DNA of 32,000 bases from Rhodospirillales bacterium (GCA_040218445.1 JAVJRK010000017.1:272724-304723), one strand, 5' to 3'; counted from the first letter of the stretch, positions 1 through 10,510 are shown. Numbers and translations: made by a program. The notes: a model not told the origin generated them from the sequence alone.

Positions 1-68
1 TTGCCGATCTTCAGCGGCACAAGGGTTTTGATCTCGAACTGAGCGAGCGGGCTGTGGTTCTCGGCCAA
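1..68 (-). CDS. atpB: F0F1 ATP synthase subunit a, N-terminal fragment running off the window edge
   Basis: Hand translation of the minus strand from TTG at 68..66 gives L-A-E-N-H-S-P-L-A-Q-F-E-I-K-T-L-V-P-L-K-I-G up to position 1. An in-frame stop lies upstream at 101..99. SPLxQFEI is the typical N-terminus of F0 subunit a, and the gene sits directly downstream of atpI as in atpIBEF operons. The start codon is uncertain. Confidence 0.5.
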   Translation of the reverse strand, partial: MAENHSPLAQFEIKTLVPLKIG

Positions 69-115
69 GGCTCGGTTTCCCGTCTTTCTATAACGTGTTT
101 ATGGCAGGTGCGGTT

Positions 116-481
116 TTATCGGCGGTCTGTCTCGTCGGTTGGATTTTCATCCTTTTGATAACCCGCAGCGTAACCGTAGCCACGGGCCATCCGGTAGACG
201 TTCAGAATGCCGGCGCATCCCCCTAGGATTATGAACACCAACATGAGCCAGGGCTTGGTATCGAGCCACTTATCCAGCAGCCAACCGATACCCAACCCAA
301 CGGCGACGGCGGAAACTAACTCAATGCCGACACGAAATGCAAGGCTAAGAGCGTTATTTGGTGGCTGTTCTTGGCGATTTTTTTGCGCATGCGAAAACCC
401 GCCCCGTTCTCGGGCGCCGTCAATGCGGTTCTGAAGGCCGTCAAGGTCCGAATTGGGCCTTTCTTCGGTCATGAAAAACAC
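116..481 (-). CDS. atpI: ATP synthase protein I (AtpI/AtpZ family small membrane protein)
   Basis: 121-aa ORF with two hydrophobic helices (LSLAFRVGIELVSAVAVGLGIGWLLDKWL and PWLMLVFIILGGCAGILNVYR), typical of AtpI. It lies immediately upstream of the atpB start. Confidence 0.7.
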   Translation of the reverse strand: MFFMTEERPNSDLDGLQNRIDGARERGGFSHAQKNRQEQPPNNALSLAFRVGIELVSAVAVGLGIGWLLDKWLDTKPWLMLVFIILGGCAGILNVYRMARGYGYAAGYQKDENPTDETDRR

Positions 482-538
482 CTGTTCATGAAGGATTTAA
501 GAAGCCGGGGCGGAGATTACACCGTTCAGGGGCGATTG

Positions 539-3500
539 TCAGGCGCTCTCGCGGAAGCCTTCCGCCTGTTGCAGGTCGACGGACACCAGTTGCGATACGC
601 CGCGTTCCTGCATGGTCACGCCGAACAGGCGGTGCATGCGGGCCATGGTCATGCGGTGGTGGGTGATGACGATGAAGCGTGTTTCGCCCGCGGCGGCCAT
701 TTCATCCAGCATGGAACAGAATCGGTCGACGTTGGCGTCATCCAGCGGTGCGTCCACTTCGTCGAGCACGCAGATCGGGGCCGGGTTGGTCTGGAACACG
801 CCGAACAGCAGGGCCAGTGCCGTCAGGGCCTGTTCGCCGCCCGACAGCAGGGACAATACCTGAAGGCGCTTGCCCGGCGGGCTGGCGAAGATTTCCAGGC
901 CGGCTTCCAGCGGATCATCCGATTCAACCAGTTCCAGATGGGCTCGGCCGCCGCCGAACAGGCGCTGGAACAGGACCTTGAAGTGTTCGTTGACCTCTTC
1001 GAACGACGCCAGCAGGCGCGCCCGGCCTTCACGGTTGAGCTCGTTGATGCCTTGGCGCAGCTTGTCGATGGCGGCAAGAAGGTCGCTTTTTTCCGTGGTC
1101 AGACCTTCGACCTGTTCGGACAGTTCCGTCATTTCCTGATCGGCCCGCAGGTTGACCGGCCCCATGGTGTCGCGTTCACGCAGCAGGCGGTCGACCCGCT
1201 TTTCCGAGGCTTCCAAATCCGGTAACGGCGCATCCGGGTCAAGTTCGGCCATCTCGCGCATTTTCTGCGGCCCAACCTGCAAGCGGTCGCGGATACGTTC
1301 GATCAGGCCGTTGCTGGCCTGATCGGTCTGCTCGACCGCTCCTTCGGCGCGGACCCGGGTTTCGCGGGCAAGAGACAGGTCGTGTTCGGCCTGGCGCAGG
1401 TCGCGGTCGGCTTCGGCCAGGGTGCTTTCCGCCTGGGCCAATTGGTCGGCCGCCGCGTTGCGCCGTTCCTCCGATCCTTGGATGGCGGTCAGCAATTCCT
1501 CGCGCTTGGCGGCGATTTCCGCCGGTTTCTGTTGCAGCGTTTCCAATTCCGCCTTCAGGGCCGTGGCCCGTTCGGCCAATTCACCCATTTGGGATTCGGA
1601 ACGCGACCGCCGCGTCACCCACATCTGGGATTCGGAGGCAACGGCAACCAGGCGCTGCTTGCGGCCCTCGGATGCTTGGAACAATTGGTCGTGGCGCGAG
1701 CGGCATTCCATTTGGTGAGTGCGCTTTTCCGCCAGCAGTGTACGTTTTTCGGCCAGCGCCGTGCGGGCGGCTTCCAGATCGGGCAATTCGTTGCGTTCGG
1801 CCTCGACGGCGGTTTTCTGGGTTTGTGTTTCTTCCTGATCGGCGGCGATGGATGCCTGGGTTTCGGCCAGGGCGGCCAATTTGTTCTGAACGGCGGCAGC
1901 CCGGTCCTTGACCTCGGCCAGGCGGTCGCGGGCCGCGTTGAAGGCGCGGTCGGCTTCGTTCAAGGCCTGGCGGGCATCCCGTTCCTGGGTACGCAGGGTC
2001 TCGGCGGCGGTTTTGGCGGCATCGGCCGTGGCACGCAGGGCTTCCACCGCCGTGCGTTCTGTTTCGGCCTTGGCGCTGGCTTCGTTCAATCGGTTGCGTT
2101 GGGCCAGGCGTTGGGCGGCGGCGGTTTCCGCCCCTTCGGCAACGCGGAAGCCGTCCCAGCGCCACAATCCGCCGGCACGGCTGACCAACCGCTGCCCGGG
2201 GCCAAGGTCACCCTGAAGCCGCGCGCCGTCGGCAGCATTTTCGACCACGCCGATCTGGCCGAGGCGGCGGTCCAGGGCGCGCGGGCCGTTGACGACTTCG
2301 GACAGGGCGCGCACGCCGGCGGGCAGGGCCGGCGGGTTGGCCATGGGCAGCAGGGCCCGCCAGCCGATGACGGCGCCGTCGCCGTCGTCGCCGGTGGCGG
2401 GGGCGGACAGGTCTTCGCCCAGGGCGGCGCCCAGGGCGTCCTCGAACCCTTTTTCCACGGAGACCTGATCCAGCATCGGCGGCAGGTCCGTTTCCGGCCC
2501 GGCGGCGAGAACTCTTTCCAGCGTGCGGATTTCCGTTTCCAGGGATGTCAGTTCCGTCGACCGTTCACGGGCCGCCTGGGCGGCCTGTTCGGATACCTGA
2601 TCGGCTTCCGCGCGGGCGGCTTCGGTCGTGGTCAGGGCCTCGCGGGCAGTCTCGGCGGTGGCGCGGGCTTCCTCGACCTTGGCGTCGGCTTCCGCCAGAT
2701 CGACCAGATCGGCCGAACGGGATTCCAATTCGGTCTTCTGGGCTTCCGCGTCGGCGGCGCGCTGTGCCAGCCGGTTCAGACGGTTTTCCAACTCGTTCAA
2801 GCGCTGACCCAGGGCATTGCGCCGGGCTTCGGCGGCGGCAAGGTCATTGGTTTCCCGGTCGACGTCGCGGTCCATCTCGACCACGGCTTCGTCGGCGGCG
2901 GCGCGGTCTTCGGCAGCGGCGGTAAGGTCGTCCGCTTCCCGGGCCTGGGCGGCCTCGATTTCCTGCTTTTCGGCGGCCAGGCGTTCGACCGCCTCGGCCG
3001 CATCGGCCATCAGGCCCTGTTCGCGTTCGCGGTCCCGGCCGGTTTGTTCCAGCCGGCCACGGATTTCTTCCATGGTCTGGGCGACGCGGGCTTCTTCTTC
3101 GTCCAGGCCGTCACGGGCAAGGGTCAGGCGCTGCAGTTCTGCCGCCGCCGTGGCTTCGCCTTGGCGCAGTTCGGGCAGGCCTTCGGCGGCATGGGCCTGC
3201 CGCGTGGTTGCGGCGGCCGTGCGCTGGGAAAGTTCCGTTACCGCATGTTCGGCTTCTTTCAGGTTGGCGCGGGCCTTGTCACGGGCGGCTTCCGCATTGG
3301 TCCACAGAATATGGAACAGGGTCGCTTCGGCCTTGCGGATATGGTCCGACAGATTGCGGTAGCGGGTCGCCTGACGGGCCTGTTTCTTCAGGTTGTTCAT
3401 CTGGGCATCCAGGGTGATCAGGATGTCGTCCAGGCGTTCCAGGTTGGCTTCGGCCCCCTTCAGGCGTAATTCGGCTTCGTGGCGGCGGGAATGCAGGCCG

Positions 3501-4015
3501 GTAATCCCGGCGGCTTCTTCCAGCAGCAGTCTGCGTTGGGCCGGCTTGGCATTGATGACCGTGCCGATGCGGCCCTGGCTGACCAGGGCGGTCGAGCGCG
3601 CGCCCGTCGCCTGGTCGGCGAACAGCAATTGCACGTCGCGGGCGCGGACTTCCTTGCCGTTGATGCGGTAGGTCGAGCCCTTTTCGCGCTCGATCCGCCG
3701 GGTGACTTCAAGTTCGTCCGTATCGTTGAATTGGGCCGGGGCCTTGCGTTCGGCGTTGTCCAGGGTCAACGCGACTTCGGCGATGTTGCGTGACGGCCGG
3801 TCCTGCGTGCCGGAGAAGATGACGTCTTCCATCTCCGTGCCGCGCATCTGCTTGGCCGAGGTTTCGCCCATGACCCATTTCAGGGCCTCGACCACATTGG
3901 ATTTACCGCAGCCGTTGGGGCCCACGACACCGGTCAGGCCCGGCTCGATGAACAGTTCGGTCGGGTCGACGAAGGATTTGAATCCAAGTACCCGTATTTT
4001 CCTGAAATTGAGCAA
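539..4015 (-). CDS. smc: Chromosome segregation protein SMC
   Basis: 1158-aa ORF. N-terminal Walker A (GPNGCGKSN), very long Ala/Glu/Arg-rich coiled-coil arms, and C-terminal signature LSGGE plus Walker B (ICVLDEVDAPLDDANV). Confidence 0.97.
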   Translation of the reverse strand: MLNFRKIRVLGFKSFVDPTELFIEPGLTGVVGPNGCGKSNVVEALKWVMGETSAKQMRGTEMEDVIFSGTQDRPSRNIAEVALTLDNAERKAPAQFNDTDELEVTRRIEREKGSTYRINGKEVRARDVQLLFADQATGARSTALVSQGRIGTVINAKPAQRRLLLEEAAGITGLHSRRHEAELRLKGAEANLERLDDILITLDAQMNNLKKQARQATRYRNLSDHIRKAEATLFHILWTNAEAARDKARANLKEAEHAVTELSQRTAAATTRQAHAAEGLPELRQGEATAAAELQRLTLARDGLDEEEARVAQTMEEIRGRLEQTGRDREREQGLMADAAEAVERLAAEKQEIEAAQAREADDLTAAAEDRAAADEAVVEMDRDVDRETNDLAAAEARRNALGQRLNELENRLNRLAQRAADAEAQKTELESRSADLVDLAEADAKVEEARATAETAREALTTTEAARAEADQVSEQAAQAARERSTELTSLETEIRTLERVLAAGPETDLPPMLDQVSVEKGFEDALGAALGEDLSAPATGDDGDGAVIGWRALLPMANPPALPAGVRALSEVVNGPRALDRRLGQIGVVENAADGARLQGDLGPGQRLVSRAGGLWRWDGFRVAEGAETAAAQRLAQRNRLNEASAKAETERTAVEALRATADAAKTAAETLRTQERDARQALNEADRAFNAARDRLAEVKDRAAAVQNKLAALAETQASIAADQEETQTQKTAVEAERNELPDLEAARTALAEKRTLLAEKRTHQMECRSRHDQLFQASEGRKQRLVAVASESQMWVTRRSRSESQMGELAERATALKAELETLQQKPAEIAAKREELLTAIQGSEERRNAAADQLAQAESTLAEADRDLRQAEHDLSLARETRVRAEGAVEQTDQASNGLIERIRDRLQVGPQKMREMAELDPDAPLPDLEASEKRVDRLLRERDTMGPVNLRADQEMTELSEQVEGLTTEKSDLLAAIDKLRQGINELNREGRARLLASFEEVNEHFKVLFQRLFGGGRAHLELVESDDPLEAGLEIFASPPGKRLQVLSLLSGGEQALTALALLFGVFQTNPAPICVLDEVDAPLDDANVDRFCSMLDEMAAAGETRFIVITHHRMTMARMHRLFGVTMQERGVSQLVSVDLQQAEGFRESA

Positions 4016-4054
4016 GCTGCCTCGCCGATCCTGACCGGATGCCTAAACCAATAC

Positions 4055-4693
4055 TTATTTCTTGAGCGCGCGTTCGATGATGTCCGAGAACACGGCAAAA
4101 TCCTGTGCCCCGGACACTTTCTCGCCCGCGACGATGAAGAACGGCGTGGCGTCCACCCCGTGATCCTTGTTGCCCGCCGCGGCCGTGCGTTGAATACCTT
4201 GCAGAAGTTCCTCGCTGCGCAGGCAGGCATCGACCTGAGAGGCCGACATCCCGCCCTTCTTGGCCGTTGCCTGAAGGGCCGCCAAGCCGTCGGGCGCCTG
4301 GCCCCATACAGCTTGATCGCGGAACATGATGCTGGTCATGGCGAAGTACCGCAGGGGACCGGCGCAGCGCGCGATCATATGTGCCGCCATGGCCCGCTGA
4401 CCCAAGGGAAAATCGCGGAAGATCATCTTCACCTTGCCGGTGTCGATATACTTTTCCTTGATCTGGGGCAGGGTCTTTTCGTGGAACTCGCGGCAGTGCG
4501 GGCAGCCCAACGAGGCGTACTCGATGATCGTCACCGGCGCGTCGGCCTTGCCGAGCACCATTTCCGATAACATGCCGTCGACGCCGTCCAAGGCTTTCGC
4601 GGAACCCGTGAAGGGTCCGGAAACCGCCAGAATCACCGTCAAAACGAACGCAAGACCTTGTGCTAAACGCAGCAAATCTACCTCCCAATACAC
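4055..4693 (-). CDS. DsbA-family thiol:disulfide oxidoreductase (secreted thioredoxin-fold protein)
   Basis: 212-aa ORF with an N-terminal hydrophobic signal-like segment and a CPHC active-site motif in the context IIEYASLGCPHCREFH. Confidence 0.85.
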   Translation of the reverse strand: MYWEVDLLRLAQGLAFVLTVILAVSGPFTGSAKALDGVDGMLSEMVLGKADAPVTIIEYASLGCPHCREFHEKTLPQIKEKYIDTGKVKMIFRDFPLGQRAMAAHMIARCAGPLRYFAMTSIMFRDQAVWGQAPDGLAALQATAKKGGMSASQVDACLRSEELLQGIQRTAAAGNKDHGVDATPFFIVAGEKVSGAQDFAVFSDIIERALKK

Positions 4694-4777
4694 AAGATGT
4701 TGATGAATATAGAATCGGCCCCGATCCGGAGTCGACTCCTTTCGCTAAAGCTTTGAAATGCGACAGCATTCCGTAAA

Positions 4778-5296
4778 TTATCCACCGCCGCCCCGGCGGC
4801 GCAGAATGGCTTCGCCCAGGCCTTCCAGGGCCTTGCGCAGGTCCGGATCTGTGACGGATTTAAGTTCGTCCTCCAATGCGGCCTTCTCGGCCGGGCCCAG
4901 CAGACGCGGTTCGGCGGATTGTTCCTTGGCTTGGCGGGGTAGGGGGCGCTGGAAGATATGGATGCCCTTGACCGCGCCGTAGCCGAAATAGGCGTTTACC
5001 TTTTCGATGATCAGGGGTTCCAGGTGCTGAACCTCGGTGGCGACGGCGGATGTGCCGACCTGCAGATGCAACAGCCCGTCGTTGCGCCGCCCGCGGGGAA
5101 AGACGATGCGGTCCGGCAGGGTGTGCCGGGCCAGAAGCTCGCCCGCAATTTCGGGCCAATGGCGGATGATATCGCCTTCGGCAAAGCCGCGCCGGCCATA
5201 GGCGGCGGCGGTCAGCTTGCCCAGGGTCTGGCCGACGGCGCGGGCACCGCCTTGGCGGCGGCGGCGAATTTTCGGTTTTTCCGGGTCTTGGGACAT
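4778..5296 (-). CDS. DUF721 (DciA-like) domain protein
   Basis: The ORF track gives 4778..5473, but the conserved part starts after MSQDPEKPK. ATG at 5296 is preceded by AGGA. The motif RHWPEIAGELLARHTLPDRI...LHLQV...ATEVQHLEPLIIEKVNAYFGY is typical of DUF721. The gene is divergent from mutY, so the long N-terminal extension is unlikely. The alternative start at 5317 is not excluded. Confidence 0.7.
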   Translation of the reverse strand: MSQDPEKPKIRRRRQGGARAVGQTLGKLTAAAYGRRGFAEGDIIRHWPEIAGELLARHTLPDRIVFPRGRRNDGLLHLQVGTSAVATEVQHLEPLIIEKVNAYFGYGAVKGIHIFQRPLPRQAKEQSAEPRLLGPAEKAALEDELKSVTDPDLRKALEGLGEAILRRRGGGG

Positions 5297-5471
5297 AAGC
5301 GTCCTTGCGCCATCCATGGGCTTGCGGCGGCAAATGTGTCCCCCTTTCCTGGCCAGGGGGGACGTGGCATTAACGGGGGATGCATTTAACGGGTCTGGCG
5401 GCCCATCCCGCAAGGGGTATGGGGCGCAAGCCGGGGGATAACATGAAAATTGCCGGGAACCGTGAGCTGAC

Positions 5472-6554
5472 ATGAATGTTTCCTCTGCTGGCGACGATCC
5501 CGCCCGGTCTTTGCTGAACTGGTACGACCGGCACCGCCGAATTCTCCCGTGGCGCGCCCCGCCCGGTCGGCGGGCCGCGCCCTATCATGTGTGGCTTTCG
5601 GAAATCATGCTCCAGCAGACCACGGTGGCGACGGTAAAAAGCTATTTTGACCACTTTGTGGCACGCTGGCCGTGCATTGAGGATTTGGCGGCGGCGGATC
5701 TGGATGATGTGCTGCATGCCTGGCAAGGGCTGGGTTATTACGCGCGGGCCCGCAATCTGCACAAATGCGCCCGCGTGGTGGCTGCGGACCACGGCGGGCG
5801 GTTTCCGGAAACGGAAGACGGCTTGTTGGCCCTGCCGGGCGTCGGGCCCTATACGGCGGCGGCCATCGCCGCCATCGCCTTTGATCAGCCGGCATCGCCG
5901 GTCGACGGCAATATCGAACGTGTGGTCGCGCGCCTGCGTCTGATCGATACACCCTTGCCGCAGGGCAAGAAACCGATCCAGGCGGCGGCAGGGGAACTGA
6001 CCCCGGACCATCGCCCCGGCGATTTCGCGCAGGCCATGATGGACCTGGGGGCGACCGTCTGCACGCCCCGCAACCCGAAATGCCCCCTGTGTCCCTGGGA
6101 AGGGTTTTGTGCCGCCCGGCAGGCGGGTGATCCCGAGACCTATCCCCGGCGTGCGCCGAAAAAATCCAAGCCGACCCGCCATGGCGTGGTTTTCTGGATC
6201 GAGGATGCCGAAGGCCGGGTATTGCTTCGCCGGCGGCCGGAAAAGGGCCTTCTGGGCGGGATGATGGAGGTGCCGTCGACCGATTGGCGCGAGGAGCCGT
6301 GGGAGACCGCGTCCGCGTTCGTCCATGCACCGGTCAAAACAGGACCTTGGGTTGAGACGGGGGAAGTCCGCCATACCTTCACCCATTTCCATCTGCGGCT
6401 TGCGGTGGTGCGGGGTACGGCGCCGACCGAGGCGACCGGCAAAGATACGGCCGGGGATGCGGCACAGGGCATTTGGGTTCATCCCCGCGATTTCGGGGGT
6501 CAGGCGCTTCCGACCTTGATGAAAAAGGTGGTTCGTCAGGCCTTGGACGGCTGA
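5472..6554 (+). CDS. mutY: A/G-specific adenine DNA glycosylase
   Basis: 360-aa ORF. N-terminus LLNWYDRHRRILPWR...YHVWLSEIMLQQTTV, HhH-GPD region (LPGVGPYTAAAI), a 4-Cys Fe-S cluster loop (CTPRNPKCPLCPWEGFC) and a C-terminal NUDIX-like domain. Confidence 0.93.
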   Translation: MNVSSAGDDPARSLLNWYDRHRRILPWRAPPGRRAAPYHVWLSEIMLQQTTVATVKSYFDHFVARWPCIEDLAAADLDDVLHAWQGLGYYARARNLHKCARVVAADHGGRFPETEDGLLALPGVGPYTAAAIAAIAFDQPASPVDGNIERVVARLRLIDTPLPQGKKPIQAAAGELTPDHRPGDFAQAMMDLGATVCTPRNPKCPLCPWEGFCAARQAGDPETYPRRAPKKSKPTRHGVVFWIEDAEGRVLLRRRPEKGLLGGMMEVPSTDWREEPWETASAFVHAPVKTGPWVETGEVRHTFTHFHLRLAVVRGTAPTEATGKDTAGDAAQGIWVHPRDFGGQALPTLMKKVVRQALDG

Positions 6555-7009
6555 TCCAATTCCCGGGTCATGAAAAAACTGTGTGGGTCCGGGCCGTAAT
6601 CGGCGAAGGGCCCCGTGGGCGTGAAACCCGCACCCGCGTATAACCGTTGTGCGGCTTCGAAGGCGGCAGAATGCCCGGTTTCAAGGCTGAGGCGCCGATA
6701 GCCGCGCCGTCGGGCCTCATCGATCACGAAATCGAGCACCCGTCGGGCGATGCCGGTGCCGCGCCATTCCGCTGCCGTATGCATGGATTTGATTTCGCCG
6801 TGATGGGGATCGATCTCGCGCAGAGCAGCGCAGCCGATGATCGTGCCTTCGTCCCAGACCGACCAGAACGTGACGTCCGCTGCCTGAAGGCCCGAATGAT
6901 CCAGCGCATAGATGCTGTCCGCCGGTGTGACGGCGGCCATATGGGCCAAGTGGGCCCGCACCAGGGCGATGGTTTGTTCGCCGCTTAGATCGTCTTCGCG
7001 GAATTCCAT
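6536..7009 (-). CDS. GNAT-family N-acetyltransferase
   Basis: 157-aa ORF with an acetyl-CoA binding motif (WRGTGIARRVLDFVIDEARRRGYRRLSLET). Its 3' end overlaps the mutY 3' end convergently. Confidence 0.85.
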   Translation of the reverse strand: MEFREDDLSGEQTIALVRAHLAHMAAVTPADSIYALDHSGLQAADVTFWSVWDEGTIIGCAALREIDPHHGEIKSMHTAAEWRGTGIARRVLDFVIDEARRRGYRRLSLETGHSAAFEAAQRLYAGAGFTPTGPFADYGPDPHSFFMTRELDQPSKA

Positions 7010-7047
7010 CGTCTCGCCGTCATCTTAATATCAAGCGGATGCCCGAC

Positions 7048-7563
7048 CTAGTCGTCGTAGGCCATCAGCGAACTGAACGGCACGTCCAGCTTGTCCCGGC
7101 CCTTGAGGAAGGTCAGTTCGATCAAGCAGGTCGCGCCGACAACTTCGGCGCCGGCACTGCGCAGCAGATCGATGGAGGCCGCCATGGTTCCGCCGGTCGC
7201 CATAAGGTCATCCATGACGACGACGCGTTGGCCCGGTTTCACTGCGTCCTTTTGGATTTCGAGGGTGTCCGTACCGTATTCCAGGGCGTATTCGTGGGAA
7301 ATGGTTTCGCCGGGAAGCTTGCCTTGCTTGCGGACCATGATGAACCCGCATCCGAGCTTGGATGCCAGGGGGGCGGCGGTCAAAAAACCGCGCGATTCGA
7401 TGCCGGCAAGAAGATCAGGCTGGTAGCCCGAAACAATTTTGGCGAGACGCCCGAGCGCCACTTGCCAAGCGTCGGGATGCGCCAGCAAGGTTGAAATATC
7501 GTAAAACAGGATGCCTGGAATGGGAAAATCGGGAATGCCCCGGATGTGTTCCTTCAGGTCCAT
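7048..7563 (-). CDS. apt: Adenine phosphoribosyltransferase
   Basis: 171-aa [22 protein letters not shown]-terminus and PRPP-binding motif [13 protein letters not shown]. Confidence 0.95.
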   Translation of the reverse strand: MDLKEHIRGIPDFPIPGILFYDISTLLAHPDAWQVALGRLAKIVSGYQPDLLAGIESRGFLTAAPLASKLGCGFIMVRKQGKLPGETISHEYALEYGTDTLEIQKDAVKPGQRVVVMDDLMATGGTMAASIDLLRSAGAEVVGATCLIELTFLKGRDKLDVPFSSLMAYDD

Positions 7564-7681
7564 ATGTTCCCCCTATGAATGATAATGATGCCGAGCAAAT
7601 TGCGGCGGCATCCTATTGGATTGACGTACAGCCTTGCAATCGCGTCCTATGGGTAAATCGACTGTAAGGCTGGACGGTCAC

Positions 7682-9019
7682 ATGACGAACGTCTTTTACC
7701 GCGATCTCAAAACCGAACTGCCCACCGCCGTGAAGGGCGAGGGTATTTATCTGATCGACGATACGGGCAAGCGTTATCTGGACGCTTCGGGCGGGGCCGC
7801 CGTTTCCTGCCTGGGCCACAGTGACGCGGACGTTATCCAAGCCATCAAGGATCAGGTCGATCAGGTCGCGTTCGCCCATACGGGATTTTTCACGACACGG
7901 CCGGCGGAAGACCTGGCCGAATTCCTGGTCGATGCGGCCCCCGACGGGATCGGCATGGTTTATTTTCTGTCCGGCGGATCGGAAGCGGTCGAATGCGCGT
8001 TGAAAATGGCGCGTCAGTACTTTTTGGAAACAGGTGCCCCGGAACGGACCCGCTTCATCGCCCGGCGGCAGAGCTATCACGGCAATACCCTGGGGGCCCT
8101 TTCGGTCGGCGGCAACGTCTGGCGGCGCGAGCCTTACAAGGACATGCTGATGCCGGCCTCGCACATCGCGCCTTGCTATCCCTACCGCGAGCGGGACGCT
8201 GGCGAGAGCGACGCGGAATACGGCCTGCGTATCGCCAATGAACTGGAAGCGGAAATCGAACGCCTGGGCCCGCGCAACGTTGCCGCCTTTATCGCCGAAA
8301 CGGTGGGCGGGGCGACGGCGGGCGTGCTGGCCCCCGTGCCGGGTTATTTCAAACGCATCCGCGAGATCTGCGACAGATATGGCGTGCTGATGATCTTGGA
8401 TGAAGTGATGTGCGGCATGGGCCGCACGGGGACTTTGTTCGCCTGCGAGCAGGATGGTGTGGCGCCGGATATCGTCTGTGTCGCCAAGGGCCTGGGCGCC
8501 GGGTATCAGCCGATCGGCGCGACCCTGGTATCCGCGAAAGTCTATGACGCCTTCAAGAACGGCAGCGGGGCGTTTCAGCACGGTCATACCTATATGGGGC
8601 ATCCCACAGCCTGTGCGGCGGCACTAGCCGTGCAGCGCAAGGTGCGGGACGCCAACCTGCTGGATAACGTCAAGGCCATGGGCAATGTGTTGGTTGAACG
8701 GCTGCACGAACGTCTGGGCAATCATCCCCATGTCGGGGACATCCGGGGCCGGGGTTTGTTTCAGGGGATTGAGTTGGTCGCCGACCGGGCGACCAAGCGA
8801 ACGTTGGACCCGACATTGAAGGTCCATGCCAAGGTCAAGCACAACGCCTTCCGGCGCGGGTTGATCTGCTATCCGGCGGGCGGTACCGCCGATGGTGCCA
8901 AGGGCGATCATATTCTTCTGGCCCCGCCCTTTATCATCGACAAGTCGCAAATCAATGAACTGGTTGACCTGCTGGGCGACGCAATTGATGCGACGCTACG
9001 CGAAGCCGGGGTTATGTGA
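7682..9019 (+). CDS. Class-III (omega) PLP-dependent aminotransferase
   Basis: The conserved sequence starts at MTNVFYRD (ATG 7682, inside track ORF 7634..9019). Motifs: GGAAVSCLGH, SGGSEAVE, ILDEVMCGMGRTG, and DIVCVAKGLGAGY containing the PLP lysine. Confidence 0.9.
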   Translation: MTNVFYRDLKTELPTAVKGEGIYLIDDTGKRYLDASGGAAVSCLGHSDADVIQAIKDQVDQVAFAHTGFFTTRPAEDLAEFLVDAAPDGIGMVYFLSGGSEAVECALKMARQYFLETGAPERTRFIARRQSYHGNTLGALSVGGNVWRREPYKDMLMPASHIAPCYPYRERDAGESDAEYGLRIANELEAEIERLGPRNVAAFIAETVGGATAGVLAPVPGYFKRIREICDRYGVLMILDEVMCGMGRTGTLFACEQDGVAPDIVCVAKGLGAGYQPIGATLVSAKVYDAFKNGSGAFQHGHTYMGHPTACAAALAVQRKVRDANLLDNVKAMGNVLVERLHERLGNHPHVGDIRGRGLFQGIELVADRATKRTLDPTLKVHAKVKHNAFRRGLICYPAGGTADGAKGDHILLAPPFIIDKSQINELVDLLGDAIDATLREAGVM

Positions 9020-9065
9020 TCCTGGAACGGTGCCGGGTGCGGATGGAATGAACGGGGGCAGGAAT

Positions 9066-10031
9066 ATGAGCGTAAGGCGGGCAGTTGTCGCAGTGGCGGT
9101 AGCGTTGTCAGTGGCGGGGTATGCCGGCGGGCTTGCCGCGAACGAGACGATCACGATCGGAACCGGCAGTTCGAAAGGGGTGTACAGCACCCTGGGACGC
9201 GCCATATGCGCCGTTATAAAGGCCAGGCGCGCGGGGTATGACTGCAAGGTGGCAACCACGAAGGGGTCCATCGATAACATTATCGGGTTGAAAAAGGGCA
9301 CCTTCGATATCGGTATCGTTCAATCGGACGTTCAGTACCATGCCGTTAACGGAACCGGCGTGTTCGCGAATGTCGGCGCGCTCTCTGAAATGCGGTCCAT
9401 GTTTTCCGCTCATACGGAGGCGTTAAGCCTTCTGGCAAGGGGCGATGCGAATATCGCCGATTGGGAACACCTGGCGGGATCGCGCCTGAATATCGGAAAA
9501 TTGAAATCCGGCACGAATTCAACTTTGCGGCTGATGATCGAAGCGCAGGGGTGGGCGACAAAAGACTTCCGTGCGGTCACGACAATGGACCTTGCACAAC
9601 AACAGTCGGCATTTTGTGATGGTGGGATCGATGTGGCGTCATTCCTTGCCGGGCACCCAAATTCAGCGGTGACCCACCTAATAACGAAATGTGGGGCATC
9701 GTTAATTACAGTCAAAGGCGCCGTGGTCGACCGGTTGATCGCCAGCAATCCGTATTATGTCGAAGCGATGATCCCCAGAGCGATCTACTTCCGCATGCCG
9801 ACGGACACACCGACGATCGGCTTGTTGGCCACGGTCATGACGACCGCGAAAAGTGATTCAAGGATGATTTATCAGGTGACCCGGTCGGTATTCGAGAACC
9901 TGGGTTACATTCGTTCCCGTACGCCGTCTTTCGGCAGCTTGTATGCCTTAGAAATGGCGCGCAAGGGCATGACCGCACCGCGCCACCCAGGGGCCCTGGA
10001 ATACCTGCGCGAAGTCGGCCGTGTTCGCTGA
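9066..10031 (+). CDS. TAXI-family TRAP transporter solute receptor (paralog 1)
   Basis: Start chosen at MSVRRAVVAVAVALSVAG (signal peptide, AGGAA RBS) rather than the track start at 8892, which overlaps the aminotransferase. ITIGTGSSKGVYSTLG and GIVQSDVQYHA are TAXI hallmarks. Confidence 0.85.
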   Translation: MSVRRAVVAVAVALSVAGYAGGLAANETITIGTGSSKGVYSTLGRAICAVIKARRAGYDCKVATTKGSIDNIIGLKKGTFDIGIVQSDVQYHAVNGTGVFANVGALSEMRSMFSAHTEALSLLARGDANIADWEHLAGSRLNIGKLKSGTNSTLRLMIEAQGWATKDFRAVTTMDLAQQQSAFCDGGIDVASFLAGHPNSAVTHLITKCGASLITVKGAVVDRLIASNPYYVEAMIPRAIYFRMPTDTPTIGLLATVMTTAKSDSRMIYQVTRSVFENLGYIRSRTPSFGSLYALEMARKGMTAPRHPGALEYLREVGRVR

Positions 10032-10510
10032 TACGTTTTGCGCTTCCGGCGGACATCGAAGAACATAAAAAGACAAATCTAATCTTCGGCGTTGGCCTTT
10101 TCGGTTGATGTGCTAAACTTTCCCATAACGACAATGTTCAGGGAATATCGTGGCATTATCAGGGGGGAGTCTTAAAAAGGACGCCTGCGGTGGGGTTTTG
10201 CCCACCGGCGCCACTCCTCCGGCAAAGTCTCTGGTATACCAAGTGGTTCGCCGCGATTTCCCGACTTGCCTTCTCTTTGAGTTTCAATCGAATTCGGGCC
10301 CGCAGGGCTGTCTCGGAGGCATTTGCTCCGGGGCCGTGCGTGTCTGATATGCCGGGGACTGACCCGGCGTTTCACCCGGACGTCCGCAACCGGCCCGCAT
10401 CGGGGCTGTGCGCGCGCATCCTGGGACTCCCCCTGCCGGGTGGCTCGGCGCATGCCTTGTCCCGGCGTTTAATCATCATCCAACCAAAGAAATCCCAAGG
10501 AGGAATGGAG

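Noticed and set aside
1382-3469. 695-aa plus-strand ORF (and many shorter ones) inside the smc region
   Set aside because: It is antisense to a clearly recognisable SMC gene. The product is low-complexity and Gly/Arg/Ala-rich, typical of spurious open frames in high-GC DNA.
8892-9065. Upstream extensions of the two TAXI receptor ORFs (track starts 8892 and 10190)
   Set aside because: The 8892 extension overlaps the aminotransferase gene, and the 10190 extension runs through the non-coding leader upstream of receptor 2. Neither extension shows signal-peptide logic. Internal starts give canonical signal peptides with RBSs.
10032-10510. Riboswitch in the long leader upstream of the second TAXI receptor
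   Set aside because: The region is GC-rich and clearly able to fold. I could not match it by eye to the riboswitch consensus sequences I remember (glycine, ykkC/guanidine, SAM-II). It stays in a finding only as an unassigned leader.
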